Virus record (IMG/VR): IMGVR_UViG_3300042523_000723
Location: 21,811-85,810 of that record
Source: a virus
Taxonomy: Duplodnaviria > Caudoviricetes
Length of the DNA: 64,000 nt
Reading direction: 5' to 3' (one strand)
Positions 1-9,138 of the stretch are shown piece by piece (within the stretch, counting starts at the first letter, position 1; every line of letters begins with the position of its first letter). Position numbers and translations under genes: made by a program. The notes beneath the pieces were generated by a model that did not search any database, was not told the DNA's origin, and saw only the letters and a list, made by a program, of their open reading frames with translations.

Positions 1-1
1 G

Positions 2-1015
2 GCTAAAATAGACAACGTTCAAATACAAAGTGGTGCATCATCTGAGGGTGCCACCAATCAAATACCGACAGGATATTCACAAGAGTTAGTCAATAAATCT
101 TATTATGATAATGGTAAGGTTACTTATGATAATAAAGTTATTGCCTTAAATAGAGGAAAGGCAATTAAAGGATTAATCGAAAAATTCGTAACACCACTTA
201 AAGGTAAAATAAGTGACCCTAACCCTAATCTAAACGAAAAAGAAGTTAGAGTTACCATACCATCTGGTGTTTTATTTAACTTTAAAGAAAACCCTAAATT
301 CAGTAGAGAATATAGAACACCTACTAAACAGTTTAGTGACGCTTCCGTAATAAAAGTTAATAAATGTGAGACACCGATTAAGGCGTCTGGTAGTGCAGGT
401 ATTCTACCTAATTATTTGGCAGATAGAATTGTCATTGATTTTGATGTGAATTACGCAGGTGAAATAATATTCAAGGGAGACTCATATGTTATACCTGACA
501 GATTTGTCATTAAAAGAAATAAGTTAGGTGGTAAAGAAGATTTAATCAAAGATAGTGGTTACATTACTTCTTTATCTTCAGGTGATCCAGACTTTACATC
601 TTTATCTAAACAAGTAAAAACAATTACCGGAATGGATTTACAAGGTGGAGTAAACGGTTTTACTCACACAATAAACAAAGAATCTGGTTACAATTATTTT
701 ATTGATATCTACGCACCGTTTGGTGGGACTTATTGGACGGCAAATTTGGAATGTTCTACGCAACCAGAACTAAAGACCCCCACACCTAAAAGTGAATTCA
801 AAGATGGTGAGGGTCAAATATACTATGTTGATTTAAAGACTGGTAAACATTCAGATAAAAAAGAAGGTAATTTTCAAGAACTATCTCATGAAGGAGATTT
901 CAAAAACGGTAAATTTTTTAGTGGTAGAAAATACGTTTATGATAATGATGGTATCTTAGAAAAGATAGAAGTATGGGAAAATGGTAAATTCGCTAGATTA
1001 GGGACAATAGAATAA
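2..1015 (+). CDS. 5'-partial hypothetical protein; OmpA-C-like segment near window start and MORN-like C-terminus
   Basis: Frame is open from nt 2 (AKIDNVQIQSGASS...DNKVIALNRGKAIK) into the 416 ORF. C-terminus EGDFKNGKFFSG...IEVWENGKF resembles MORN-variant repeats. Confidence 0.55.
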   Translation, partial: AKIDNVQIQSGASSEGATNQIPTGYSQELVNKSYYDNGKVTYDNKVIALNRGKAIKGLIEKFVTPLKGKISDPNPNLNEKEVRVTIPSGVLFNFKENPKFSREYRTPTKQFSDASVIKVNKCETPIKASGSAGILPNYLADRIVIDFDVNYAGEIIFKGDSYVIPDRFVIKRNKLGGKEDLIKDSGYITSLSSGDPDFTSLSKQVKTITGMDLQGGVNGFTHTINKESGYNYFIDIYAPFGGTYWTANLECSTQPELKTPTPKSEFKDGEGQIYYVDLKTGKHSDKKEGNFQELSHEGDFKNGKFFSGRKYVYDNDGILEKIEVWENGKFARLGTIE

Positions 1016-1120
1016 ATATAGGGAAACCTGATCCTCACCAATAAGACTAAAATGATTATTAAATTTTTCATAGTTATTTAATTTTTTATAACAAATATAA
1101 AAAAATATTTCATATGGCAA

Positions 1121-1151
1121 AAAAAAATCCCACAAAAATGAGATTTTTTTT
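1121..1151. terminator. probable bidirectional intrinsic terminator
   Basis: AAAAAAAATCCCA-caaaaa-TGAGATTTTTTTT imperfect hairpin with A/T tails. Confidence 0.45.
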
Positions 1152-1188
1152 AAATAGTCAATATATTTATATATAATAAAATAAAGTT

Positions 1189-1236
1189 ATGGAGTACGAA
1201 GATGATTATGAATGGTATCCTGATCAAGGAATTTAA
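1189..1236 (+). CDS. putative 15-aa micro-ORF MEYEDDYEWYPDQGI
   Basis: First ATG downstream of the ATATTTAT motif at 1163-1170; below the ORF-track cutoff. Confidence 0.3.
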   Translation: MEYEDDYEWYPDQGI

Positions 1237-1247
1237 AAAAATATATT

Positions 1248-1688
1248 ATGAAAATTAAAAAGAACGGAGAAATAATAAATCTAAGTGAATCAGATTTAAA
1301 TAGAATTATAGAACATACTAAAAGATTAGACGAAGGACTAGGTAGAAGAATTATGTCTGGCTTTAAGGGTATTGGGGGTATGTTTAAAGGCACAGGATAC
1401 GACTACACCAAATACGCTTACCAATTAAGTGGTGCAATAAACGAATTAAATGAGGAATTAGTAGAGACTAAGAAAGAGTTACAGAAGATAGTTGACAAAT
1501 CTAATAGGTCTAAGATGACAAATGTTTCCTTCGATAGACTGAGTACACATATTGCAGATGCAATGGACGCTTATCAAATGGTTATCGATACAAATGAAAT
1601 TATTATAGAAGATTTAGATGCTTCAGTTTCAAGTGAAAGGGGGGGTGATAGACCCTCTAATAACCCCGGAAACCAATTTACACAATAA
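1248..1688 (+). CDS. late/virion-associated protein with leader motif
   Basis: N-terminal INLSESDLNRIIE...LDE|G leader; coiled-coil body. Confidence 0.7.
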   Translation: MKIKKNGEIINLSESDLNRIIEHTKRLDEGLGRRIMSGFKGIGGMFKGTGYDYTKYAYQLSGAINELNEELVETKKELQKIVDKSNRSKMTNVSFDRLSTHIADAMDAYQMVIDTNEIIIEDLDASVSSERGGDRPSNNPGNQFTQ

Positions 1689-1950
1689 TCTCATAATAAA
1701 AGTATAAATCATTACCGTCGATACCTACGTATAGTTGCGTGTGTTTTTTTTTGTCTAACCTCTCTTTTGTTATTTCACTATCCTCCATTTTAAATCTAAC
1801 TATTTCACCATTAATTCCTTTTATCTTATCCCATCTAATTTTACTATCATTAGGAACATAAGTAATCGGACTTTTTTTTTCTTTAACTTCTACCCTTTTC
1901 TTAGGTGTGGTTTTTTCTAATGACTCAGATTTAACTTTTTTTCTACTCAT
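1678..1950 (-). CDS. hypothetical basic protein
   Basis: 90-aa ORF with TATATTTG box at 1955-1962 (minus). Confidence 0.6.
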   Translation of the reverse strand: MSRKKVKSESLEKTTPKKRVEVKEKKSPITYVPNDSKIRWDKIKGINGEIVRFKMEDSEITKERLDKKKHTQLYVGIDGNDLYFYYEIIV

Positions 1951-2016
1951 AATACAAATATATATACTTATTTAAAAAAAAACAATATTTATATAAATAA
2001 ATGTGACTATTAAACA

Positions 2017-3492
2017 ATGGAACAACAAGAATTTTTAGAAAAACTATTTAATACTTTAATCAAAAATCGTTTAAATTATAACCCCGTTACTAATATAGAA
2101 ATTAATATATGTGACATTAACTCTCATATCGGAAAATGGAATGTAAATAAGGTACAACTTAAAAAGGACAGTTATCTGGGTACGGAGGTTAGAAAATGTT
2201 TAAGAAATTTATACGGTGTTACTGAAGATGAATCCGATACTTTGTGGGATATGATTAGAATCCATTTAAAGAAATTAATATTTGTGGAAAATGCGTATGA
2301 GGTTTTATATGATGATTATGTACAATATGAATCTGATCCTTATCGTATAAACGGTTACAAATTGAAAGATCTTAATGATTTTATTGATTTTATGGGTGAG
2401 ATTTGGTACGGAGATTTTAAAAGTGATGTATACGGTGATGAAAAAATTAATTTCTTAGATATGTTGGATAAGAGTGAGTACGAATACATCCAAAGTGAGT
2501 TATTCGACTTAATAGAGTCTTCTTGGGAACCAAATGATGAATATAGAAGTATTAATGAAGATATTGAAAGGTATGATGAGGAGGAGAAAGAGTTTAACCC
2601 CCTTAATGATGATTTAGCAACAAAAGTACAATACGAAAAAGTTTTTAAGGCATTCGATAGTAATCCCGATAAAATATTTGACTTATTAAAAGTTTTTGAT
2701 TTTCAAAATAATGAACAAGGTGAAAAATATGAAAAAGAATATAATTTTATCTATAAGTATTTAACAGAATATAATAATAGAACACCAAAATACATAAGAA
2801 TAGTTTTCGATGCAGATGATTTATCAGGTATGTTTGTAGATGATAGGGATTATGACATACAAGATATGGTTAAAAACTATCTAAGTGGTGATTGGGATTA
2901 TGATACTACTTGGGAATGTATGGATTTTGATTCTTGGTTGTTTGATAAAATAGATGAATCTAATATTAAAACACTTAAAGAACATTATTTAAAAGATTTA
3001 GAAGGTGAAGAATCAGAAGAAGACTTTAAGGAGTTTGTTGAAAATGAGTTTGGTAGTGATATTGGTTGCGCCGCCAGTGACGCACAATACAGCGCAGATA
3101 TAGATTACTTACATTCTGATTTTGAAAATGGTATTGAGGATTATTTAAGTGGTTTTGGTGGTAAATTACAAAATAAAGTGAATAGTGATGGTAATCTTAA
3201 TATGGGATTAGAATATGTCGCAGATTTAGAAATTGGAGAACTCACACAATCTCCTTTCTTTCAAGAGTCTCTTTTAGGTATTTTAGAAGATGATTATCCT
3301 GATAGTTTTTACGATATTTATAATAATATCATTGAATCAGAAAAGGAGGGTTACAGTTCAGAGTATAATTATTTTTTACCTGAAGATAAAATTAGTATTA
3401 ATACAGATAAACATTTTAGATATGGTGGTGCGGGAAATATAGAATGGAATTATTTTAATGAAATATTATCAGACAAACTATCTTATTATTAA
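2017..3492 (+). CDS. acidic hypothetical protein (late)
   Basis: 491-aa D/E/Y-rich ORF; ATATTTAT at 1985-1992. Confidence 0.75.
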   Translation: MEQQEFLEKLFNTLIKNRLNYNPVTNIEINICDINSHIGKWNVNKVQLKKDSYLGTEVRKCLRNLYGVTEDESDTLWDMIRIHLKKLIFVENAYEVLYDDYVQYESDPYRINGYKLKDLNDFIDFMGEIWYGDFKSDVYGDEKINFLDMLDKSEYEYIQSELFDLIESSWEPNDEYRSINEDIERYDEEEKEFNPLNDDLATKVQYEKVFKAFDSNPDKIFDLLKVFDFQNNEQGEKYEKEYNFIYKYLTEYNNRTPKYIRIVFDADDLSGMFVDDRDYDIQDMVKNYLSGDWDYDTTWECMDFDSWLFDKIDESNIKTLKEHYLKDLEGEESEEDFKEFVENEFGSDIGCAASDAQYSADIDYLHSDFENGIEDYLSGFGGKLQNKVNSDGNLNMGLEYVADLEIGELTQSPFFQESLLGILEDDYPDSFYDIYNNIIESEKEGYSSEYNYFLPEDKISINTDKHFRYGGAGNIEWNYFNEILSDKLSYY

Positions 3493-3543
3493 TAAAATTT
3501 TATTATATTTGTATCATACGAGAACTAAAGTTAAAAAAATAAT

Positions 3544-3996
3544 ATGAATTCAAGACAAAAATTTATATCCACATTAATAGACTTCCTGAATAAAAGGTAT
3601 GGTAAAATGTCCAACCCAAATAAAGACTTTAATCTTTTTAGTAATGTATTGGGGTACGCAACGGAAAAGGTTAGACCAGAATTAGTTAATATATACGATA
3701 TAGAGTATCGTTCTGACTTATATTATGAGATTATTAATAAATTTGTTAGGGATAACTATGGTGACGGTAATAATGCATTACCTGGAGACAGAATACGTTT
3801 AATTAACATGCCTGATGATCCTAACCCAATAGAACCTAACACTACAGGTACTGTTACATCAATAGATACAATTAATATGTTCGATGAAGATCTTTTAAAC
3901 GTTGATTGGGATAACGGTAGAATTTTAAATTTGATTGTGGGTATTGATGAATTTGAGGTTATTGATAAAGATGAACAAAATAATTTTAAACAATGA
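3544..3996 (+). CDS. DUF4314-domain protein
   Basis: GDRIRLINMPDDPNPIEPNTTGTV...VDWDNGRILNLIVGIDEF matches the DUF4314 pattern. Confidence 0.75.
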   Translation: MNSRQKFISTLIDFLNKRYGKMSNPNKDFNLFSNVLGYATEKVRPELVNIYDIEYRSDLYYEIINKFVRDNYGDGNNALPGDRIRLINMPDDPNPIEPNTTGTVTSIDTINMFDEDLLNVDWDNGRILNLIVGIDEFEVIDKDEQNNFKQ

Positions 3997-5015
3997 AAGA
4001 TTTAATTAGGAAAATATTAAAAGAGGAGTTTACACACCCGAACCATCAAAAGTTTTTAGATGGTGTGGTTAATTCTTTATTAGAAACTATATATATTTCA
4101 CCGTCAAATAACATGACTTCGTTTGGATCTGTTAGTGAGATGGAAGATATTGGTGTTTTTGATATCGATCTCGAAAGAATAAGACATGAAGATAAATATA
4201 TAAAACAATTAGGGTGGGACTATCATTATGATCCTGAAGACGTATATGATGAAGGATATTATTTCAGAATAAATAACCCAAAACAACAATATAATTCAGA
4301 TGAATTTTATTATGAAATTGTTTATGATTGGTTAGATACTTTGGTGGAAAAGGGGGTATTGGATTATAATGAAGATTTCGGAGATGCGGGTGAATGGGTT
4401 TTATTGGAAGATGATATTTTACTAAAAAGTAAATTGTTTATTTTTAATTGTACTGTATGGAGAACGTTATTAAAAGATGGATATGAATTATTTGGGTGTG
4501 AGAGTTCCGCTAACCGAATCTCAATTATGGGAAAACTTAATAGTGTTTACGACATTGATGACTCTTTTTCTATGGATTATGTAGTAAACGAATTTTTCAG
4601 AAAATTACCATATAAGTTAAAAGATATGGGTATTAAAATGATTATACCTTCAGATAATGAAACACTGAATGAAAGTATAGTTGGTGATTTTATTGAATTC
4701 GGAAAAAGGGAATTATCATTAGGTGATGGATTTAGAGTTAATTTAACTGATAATGGTGATGACATTGAGACATTGGCGAATTATGATATGATAGATGGTG
4801 AGATTAATGTCCTAACAAGAGATAGGGCAACTCCAGATATAATTAGATCCATTGCACATGAAATGGTACATCATAAACAAAATGAAAGAGGTGATTTAAG
4901 AGGTAATCCTGATGAGGGTGAAGATGGGTCACCTTGGGAAGATGAGGCGAACGCAAAGGCGGGTGAGTTACTTAGGGTTTTTGGGAAACAATATCCTGAG
5001 ATTTATGATATATAA
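3993..5015 (+). CDS. leader-bearing protein with C-terminal HEXXH zinc metallopeptidase domain
   Basis: MKDLIRKILKEE leader; IAHEMVHHKQ...WEDEANAKAG zincin motifs. Confidence 0.7.
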   Translation: MKDLIRKILKEEFTHPNHQKFLDGVVNSLLETIYISPSNNMTSFGSVSEMEDIGVFDIDLERIRHEDKYIKQLGWDYHYDPEDVYDEGYYFRINNPKQQYNSDEFYYEIVYDWLDTLVEKGVLDYNEDFGDAGEWVLLEDDILLKSKLFIFNCTVWRTLLKDGYELFGCESSANRISIMGKLNSVYDIDDSFSMDYVVNEFFRKLPYKLKDMGIKMIIPSDNETLNESIVGDFIEFGKRELSLGDGFRVNLTDNGDDIETLANYDMIDGEINVLTRDRATPDIIRSIAHEMVHHKQNERGDLRGNPDEGEDGSPWEDEANAKAGELLRVFGKQYPEIYDI

Positions 5016-5404
5016 ACTTTATCCCCAATAGAGATATTATTTGATTTACTGAAACCATCATTTACTTCTAAATTACCATTTGATTCTACGGAAGAGTATA
5101 TTGTTGTTTCATCTTGCGCTTTCGCCCTTTTAATGTCAACAATCTGATTATTATTTATGAAAATCATCTCAATTGGGAAATTAACATTTTTCATCCAAAA
5201 CCCACCATCAACATAATCGTAAAACATTCCACAATTATCACAAAGATTATCTCTATACATTAAACCTGTCATTTTCTCTTCGTCTGTAGTTGGAACTTCA
5301 CAATTTACTACGATTTCTTCACCATCAGAGTTTGTTATTGTCAAAACACAACTTTCTTTAAATGGTACCGATACAGTTTCTAATAATAAATCCAATAGTT
5401 TCAT
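5003..5404 (-). CDS. DUF192 family protein with short leader
   Basis: EEKMTGLMYRD...GMF...FWMKNVNFPIEMIFI...LEVNDG DUF192 signature; MKLLDLLLE leader. Confidence 0.85.
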   Translation of the reverse strand: MKLLDLLLETVSVPFKESCVLTITNSDGEEIVVNCEVPTTDEEKMTGLMYRDNLCDNCGMFYDYVDGGFWMKNVNFPIEMIFINNNQIVDIKRAKAQDETTIYSSVESNGNLEVNDGFSKSNNISIGDKVYIS

Positions 5405-5415
5405 AATAATAAATA

Positions 5416-5444
5416 TTGACTTTTTAATAAAAGATAGTTATACT
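5416..5444 (+). promoter_or_regulatory. sigma70-like early promoter
   Basis: TTGACT-N17-TATACT upstream of ORF 5466. Confidence 0.45.
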
Positions 5445-5465
5445 TATAATATAAAAATTTTAATT

Positions 5466-5651
5466 ATGCCAAAAAGTAGACATAGAAAAAATCAAAAACA
5501 AAAATCTAAGGCTAGGACAGAAAGAATTGAATCTGATCAAAGAAGAGTACAAAAAATATTTCAAAAAGAGTTTATGAAAGAGATAGAAAAACTCAAAGAT
5601 AGACAACTTGATATCGAAGAAGTAGAAGTAATAGAAGAAACTGATAACTAA
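5466..5651 (+). CDS. small basic/acidic hypothetical protein
   Basis: MPKSRHRKNQKQKSKAR N-terminus, acidic tail, promoter upstream. Confidence 0.65.
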   Translation: MPKSRHRKNQKQKSKARTERIESDQRRVQKIFQKEFMKEIEKLKDRQLDIEEVEVIEETDN

Positions 5652-5796
5652 TATCAGTTTTTTTATAATATACACCCGAAAAACCCATCCATTTTTAGTA
5701 TTTGGGTAGATTGAGTAGAATGATTTGAACGGTAGATAATAGATATGTAATCGTTTGGGTCTAAATTAAATAACATTTTAAAAAAATTAAAGAAAA

Positions 5797-5991
5797 ATGA
5801 ATAACGAACAAAAAGGACAACTTTATCATTCATTATTGTTACAACATGATAAATTAGATGGACAAATTGCAGATATTAAATCTGAATCTGCTGGTATGGA
5901 ACTTAACGAAACTCAAAAAGCGAAGTTAGATTTGTTAGAACAACAAAAAAATGATTTAGTTAGGAAGGCAATTAGTTTAATGAACAGTTAA
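5797..5991 (+). CDS. small coiled-coil hypothetical protein
   Basis: 64-aa ORF with A-rich leader, followed by a terminator. Confidence 0.65.
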   Translation: MNNEQKGQLYHSLLLQHDKLDGQIADIKSESAGMELNETQKAKLDLLEQQKNDLVRKAISLMNS

Positions 5992-6036
5992 TTTATTTAC
6001 TTTTTTAACCTTATTAGTACGAGTATAGATGACATT

Positions 6037-6067
6037 CCCCCAACCCCTAAAGAGGGTTGGGGGTTTT
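6037..6067 (+). terminator. intrinsic terminator
   Basis: CCCCCAACCC-ctaaaga-GGGTTGGGGG-TTTT between convergent genes. Confidence 0.8.
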
Positions 6068-6085
6068 CGATTTATAGTAAAAACG

Positions 6086-6499
6086 TTAATATTTTTTTGA
6101 TTTTTTTAACATTTCTTTTAAAATATGAGGTTTTACCTTATAACCTTTATCGATATTCTCTTTGTAATGAAGGAATTGTAAATTTTTAATATTACCAATC
6201 AATTCTGGTGAAATATTATTATGATACCCAACTGAAATGCTACAAATATGATCTAAATGATAGTTTTTCCACCCTCTTTTGTCAGAATTCTCTAAATTAT
6301 AGTATGGTTGTAGTTCCGTAACCTCCCAAACCATCGCATAATACAATTTTTTTTCTAAATCCTTAATATTTTTGATTTTTTGTTTGATTTTTGGGTATTT
6401 TTTTGTAATTTTACGTATTTGATACCTAATTTTATCTTTAATTTTTTCAGATGAAGACTTTCTTCGGTATTTTTTATTATATTTTAATGGTTTTTTCAT
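6086..6499 (-). CDS. HNH-like endonuclease
   Basis: YHLDHICSI...NIKNLQFLHYKENIDK beta-beta-alpha-Me pattern; basic N-terminus. Confidence 0.65.
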   Translation of the reverse strand: MKKPLKYNKKYRRKSSSEKIKDKIRYQIRKITKKYPKIKQKIKNIKDLEKKLYYAMVWEVTELQPYYNLENSDKRGWKNYHLDHICSISVGYHNNISPELIGNIKNLQFLHYKENIDKGYKVKPHILKEMLKKSKKY

Positions 6500-6530
6500 A
6501 TATTTATTATAAAATAATATATTTATAAAT

Positions 6531-7082
6531 ATGAAAATTATAATTACTGAAAATCAATTAAAAAGATTAATAATTGAAAGTGACAATAGAAGTGATGGCA
6601 CTAAATTAATCGCCAGTCAAAATTTTTGGGATTGGTTAAGGTGGCATGAGGGTAGTCCAACCAAAAAAGGAGATCCGTTATTAAAGGCATACAAAGATAC
6701 CGTAGGCGTTTGGACTATTGGTTATGGACATACAGGTGAAGAAGCGTATGAGGGTAACGTAATATCTAAAAGTAAGGCAAATGATCTATTTATTAAGGAC
6801 GTGAATGAGGCCGCAAAATGTGTAAAAACATTTTTAAATTCTTGGAAGGAAACAAATCATGAGGGATATAAACTTAAACTGAATGAATATGAGGCACTCA
6901 TTTCATTAGTTATTAATAGTGGGTGTGAGGGAGTGAGAACATCTGATTTCATTCAAAAACTTAAAAAAGGTAACTATGATGATGCAGCAGAACTAATTAA
7001 AACCTATAGATCAAAAGGATTAAAAAATAGGCGTAATGTAGAATATGAATTATTCAAAAACTCACAATACATTAAGGATTGA
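6531..7082 (+). CDS. GH24 phage lysozyme with N-terminal leader
   Basis: HEG...AYKDTVGVWTIGYGHT catalytic motif; GLKNRRNVEYELF C-terminus; MKIIITENQLKRLIIE leader. Confidence 0.9.
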   Translation: MKIIITENQLKRLIIESDNRSDGTKLIASQNFWDWLRWHEGSPTKKGDPLLKAYKDTVGVWTIGYGHTGEEAYEGNVISKSKANDLFIKDVNEAAKCVKTFLNSWKETNHEGYKLKLNEYEALISLVINSGCEGVRTSDFIQKLKKGNYDDAAELIKTYRSKGLKNRRNVEYELFKNSQYIKD

Positions 7083-7126
7083 ATTTTTTATTAAAAACAA
7101 TATATTTATATAATAAAAACTAAATT

Positions 7127-8764
7127 ATGAAATACATTATATCTGAAAATCAATATAAGATATTACTTAAAGAAGATAGGGTAGAATTCTTAAGAAATCA
7201 AAATGTAATTGATCCAGAAACATTAGACCAAGCGGTAGAGGGTGAAAATGAAAGAGAAGATGAAAGAGAACCGGGAGGTGGTAGAAATAGAAGAATTAAC
7301 GTTAAACCTATCGAAAATCATGAGGGTATCGATATCGCATATATTGTTACTAGTAGAAATGGTAAACAATCAATAAAATTATCGCCAGAAATATTTCAAG
7401 ACATTGTAGATGCCGACCCATCGAACAATAAACAATATGTTCAGTGGATGATTAAAGTGTTTATGAATCATATTAACGAAAATGATTTCGAACAAGCGGT
7501 TAGATTTTTAGCGGAAGATTTACCTGAAGCGAATGAATTTTTAGGTGTTTTCGATAAAGTTAAAAGTAAAAAAGTATTTAAAAGAAGTGCACCTAATAGA
7601 CCTAACGCACCTCAAAATGTGACAGACATCAACCAATACAGCGATCTAGCACACCTATATAGTGTAGTGAGTCCCTTTGTTGGTGCCGAAGATGAAGACG
7701 AAGATGGGGAAAGTAAGATTTGGAAAAGTTTGAAAAAATTCGTTGACTTAGGTGAGGCAAGACTAGCATATCGAGATAATGACGTATTAGTATATACACC
7801 ATTAACAAGGGATTCGAGTTGTGAACCTTTAGGTGGTTTAGCCTCTTGGTGTACTAGAAGAGAAGGTAACAGTTATTTTGATAGTTATAGAAGAAATAAC
7901 CCAAAACCTGATGGGTCACTTTCCGATTATTATGTAATTATGCCTAAAAAACTTTTCGATGGTGATGATGAAGGTGGTTTATATCCACTACAATTCCATT
8001 TTGAATCTAATCAAATACACGATAAAAATAACTCATCTATAGAAAACAGCAGTAAGTTAGATAGTGTTTTAAATAGATTTTCAGGACTTAGGGATTTCTT
8101 TAAGAAAGAATTGGGTGCGTTAGTAGAGATGGACGTAAGAAAAGGATCGGGACTTATGGAGAGTTCATATATTAAATATTTAAATAAGTTTGGTGGATCC
8201 GCGAAAGAACACATAAGCGGTGAAGCGTATGAAGAAGGTGTTAAGAATATTAAGAAATTAGCGTCAGAACAAACTGTACCATTAAAACAAAACAAATACT
8301 TAAATTGGTTATTAGATAATGTTGATGATGTCGATGTTACAGAGTATTTAGATAAGGATACTGTTGAGATGGTAGACTTTTCTGATATGAAGATTAAAAC
8401 TCTACCAGACTTATCAGGATTCAAAAAACTAAGTCATTTAGCAGCCATAAATTGTGGCCTTGATAAATTCCCACCTGCGGATTACTTACCATTGGACACA
8501 TTGGTAATGCTTTCATTAAGTAATAATAATATTGTGGAAATACCTGGTGAGGGATATGAAAAATTAAAAACTGTATTTGGAATATCTGCAGGTGGTAACC
8601 CGATTAAAAAAGTTAACAACGAAACATTAAAGAAAATGTGTACTAAAGAAGGTGCTACCATCGTTAGACTTTCTTTCGACACTAATGGTTTAGAAGGTGA
8701 AAATAAAGAAGAATTCTACAAGATGAAAGATGAGTTCTGTCAGGGGATAATGTGGTCAATATAA
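7127..8764 (+). CDS. leader-bearing protein with WCT-motif domain and C-terminal leucine-rich repeats
   Basis: MKYIISENQYKILLKE leader; SWCTRR...LQFHFESNQIHD; LPDLSGFKKLSHL, LSLSNNNIVEIP LRR units. Confidence 0.7.
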   Translation: MKYIISENQYKILLKEDRVEFLRNQNVIDPETLDQAVEGENEREDEREPGGGRNRRINVKPIENHEGIDIAYIVTSRNGKQSIKLSPEIFQDIVDADPSNNKQYVQWMIKVFMNHINENDFEQAVRFLAEDLPEANEFLGVFDKVKSKKVFKRSAPNRPNAPQNVTDINQYSDLAHLYSVVSPFVGAEDEDEDGESKIWKSLKKFVDLGEARLAYRDNDVLVYTPLTRDSSCEPLGGLASWCTRREGNSYFDSYRRNNPKPDGSLSDYYVIMPKKLFDGDDEGGLYPLQFHFESNQIHDKNNSSIENSSKLDSVLNRFSGLRDFFKKELGALVEMDVRKGSGLMESSYIKYLNKFGGSAKEHISGEAYEEGVKNIKKLASEQTVPLKQNKYLNWLLDNVDDVDVTEYLDKDTVEMVDFSDMKIKTLPDLSGFKKLSHLAAINCGLDKFPPADYLPLDTLVMLSLSNNNIVEIPGEGYEKLKTVFGISAGGNPIKKVNNETLKKMCTKEGATIVRLSFDTNGLEGENKEEFYKMKDEFCQGIMWSI

Positions 8765-8802
8765 CAATAGATTAAAATAACAATAGAGTAAAAATAAATA
8801 AA

Positions 8803-8937
8803 ATGAATAAAGGTAAAAAAACAATCAGACTTACGGAATCAGAAATGGTTGAGATGATCGAAAGAATCGTTAATGAAGTAAAAAGAGAAAAAAGAAATCA
8901 AATTTCTGAGTCACGTAGAAGATATAATAGAAAATAG
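8803..8937 (+). CDS. 44-aa leader-only basic protein (not in ORF track)
   Basis: Translated by hand: MNKGKKTIRLTESEMVEMIERIVNEVKREKRNQISESRRRYNRK. Confidence 0.7.
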   Translation: MNKGKKTIRLTESEMVEMIERIVNEVKREKRNQISESRRRYNRK

Positions 8938-9021
8938 ATATTATTATGGTAAAAGGTAATATTGGAAATCTTAATGAATAATCAACTACTGTCGCAGATG
9001 TTACCGATTTAGGGCTTATAT

Positions 9022-9059
9022 TAAACACCATCTCTACGATTGAGTAGAGGTGGTGTTTA
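9022..9059. terminator. long hairpin terminator between convergent units
   Basis: TAAACACCATCTCTAC-gattga-GTAGAGGTGGTGTTTA. Confidence 0.7.
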
Positions 9060-9138
9060 TGAACTAAATACTAAATTTTTCATATTTATTTGTTTTATAA
9101 TACGAATAAAAAACAAATAATTTAAACTGCCAAATTTT

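Noticed and set aside
937-1071. Minus-strand ORF MKNLIIILVLLV... with a TATATTTG box
   Set aside because: Only the signal-peptide-like start looks real and the rest overlaps the plus-strand gene; probably a deletion remnant, not called as a CDS.
8761-8787. ATAACAATAGA direct repeat
   Set aside because: Two short AT-rich copies, consistent with a local slippage duplication.
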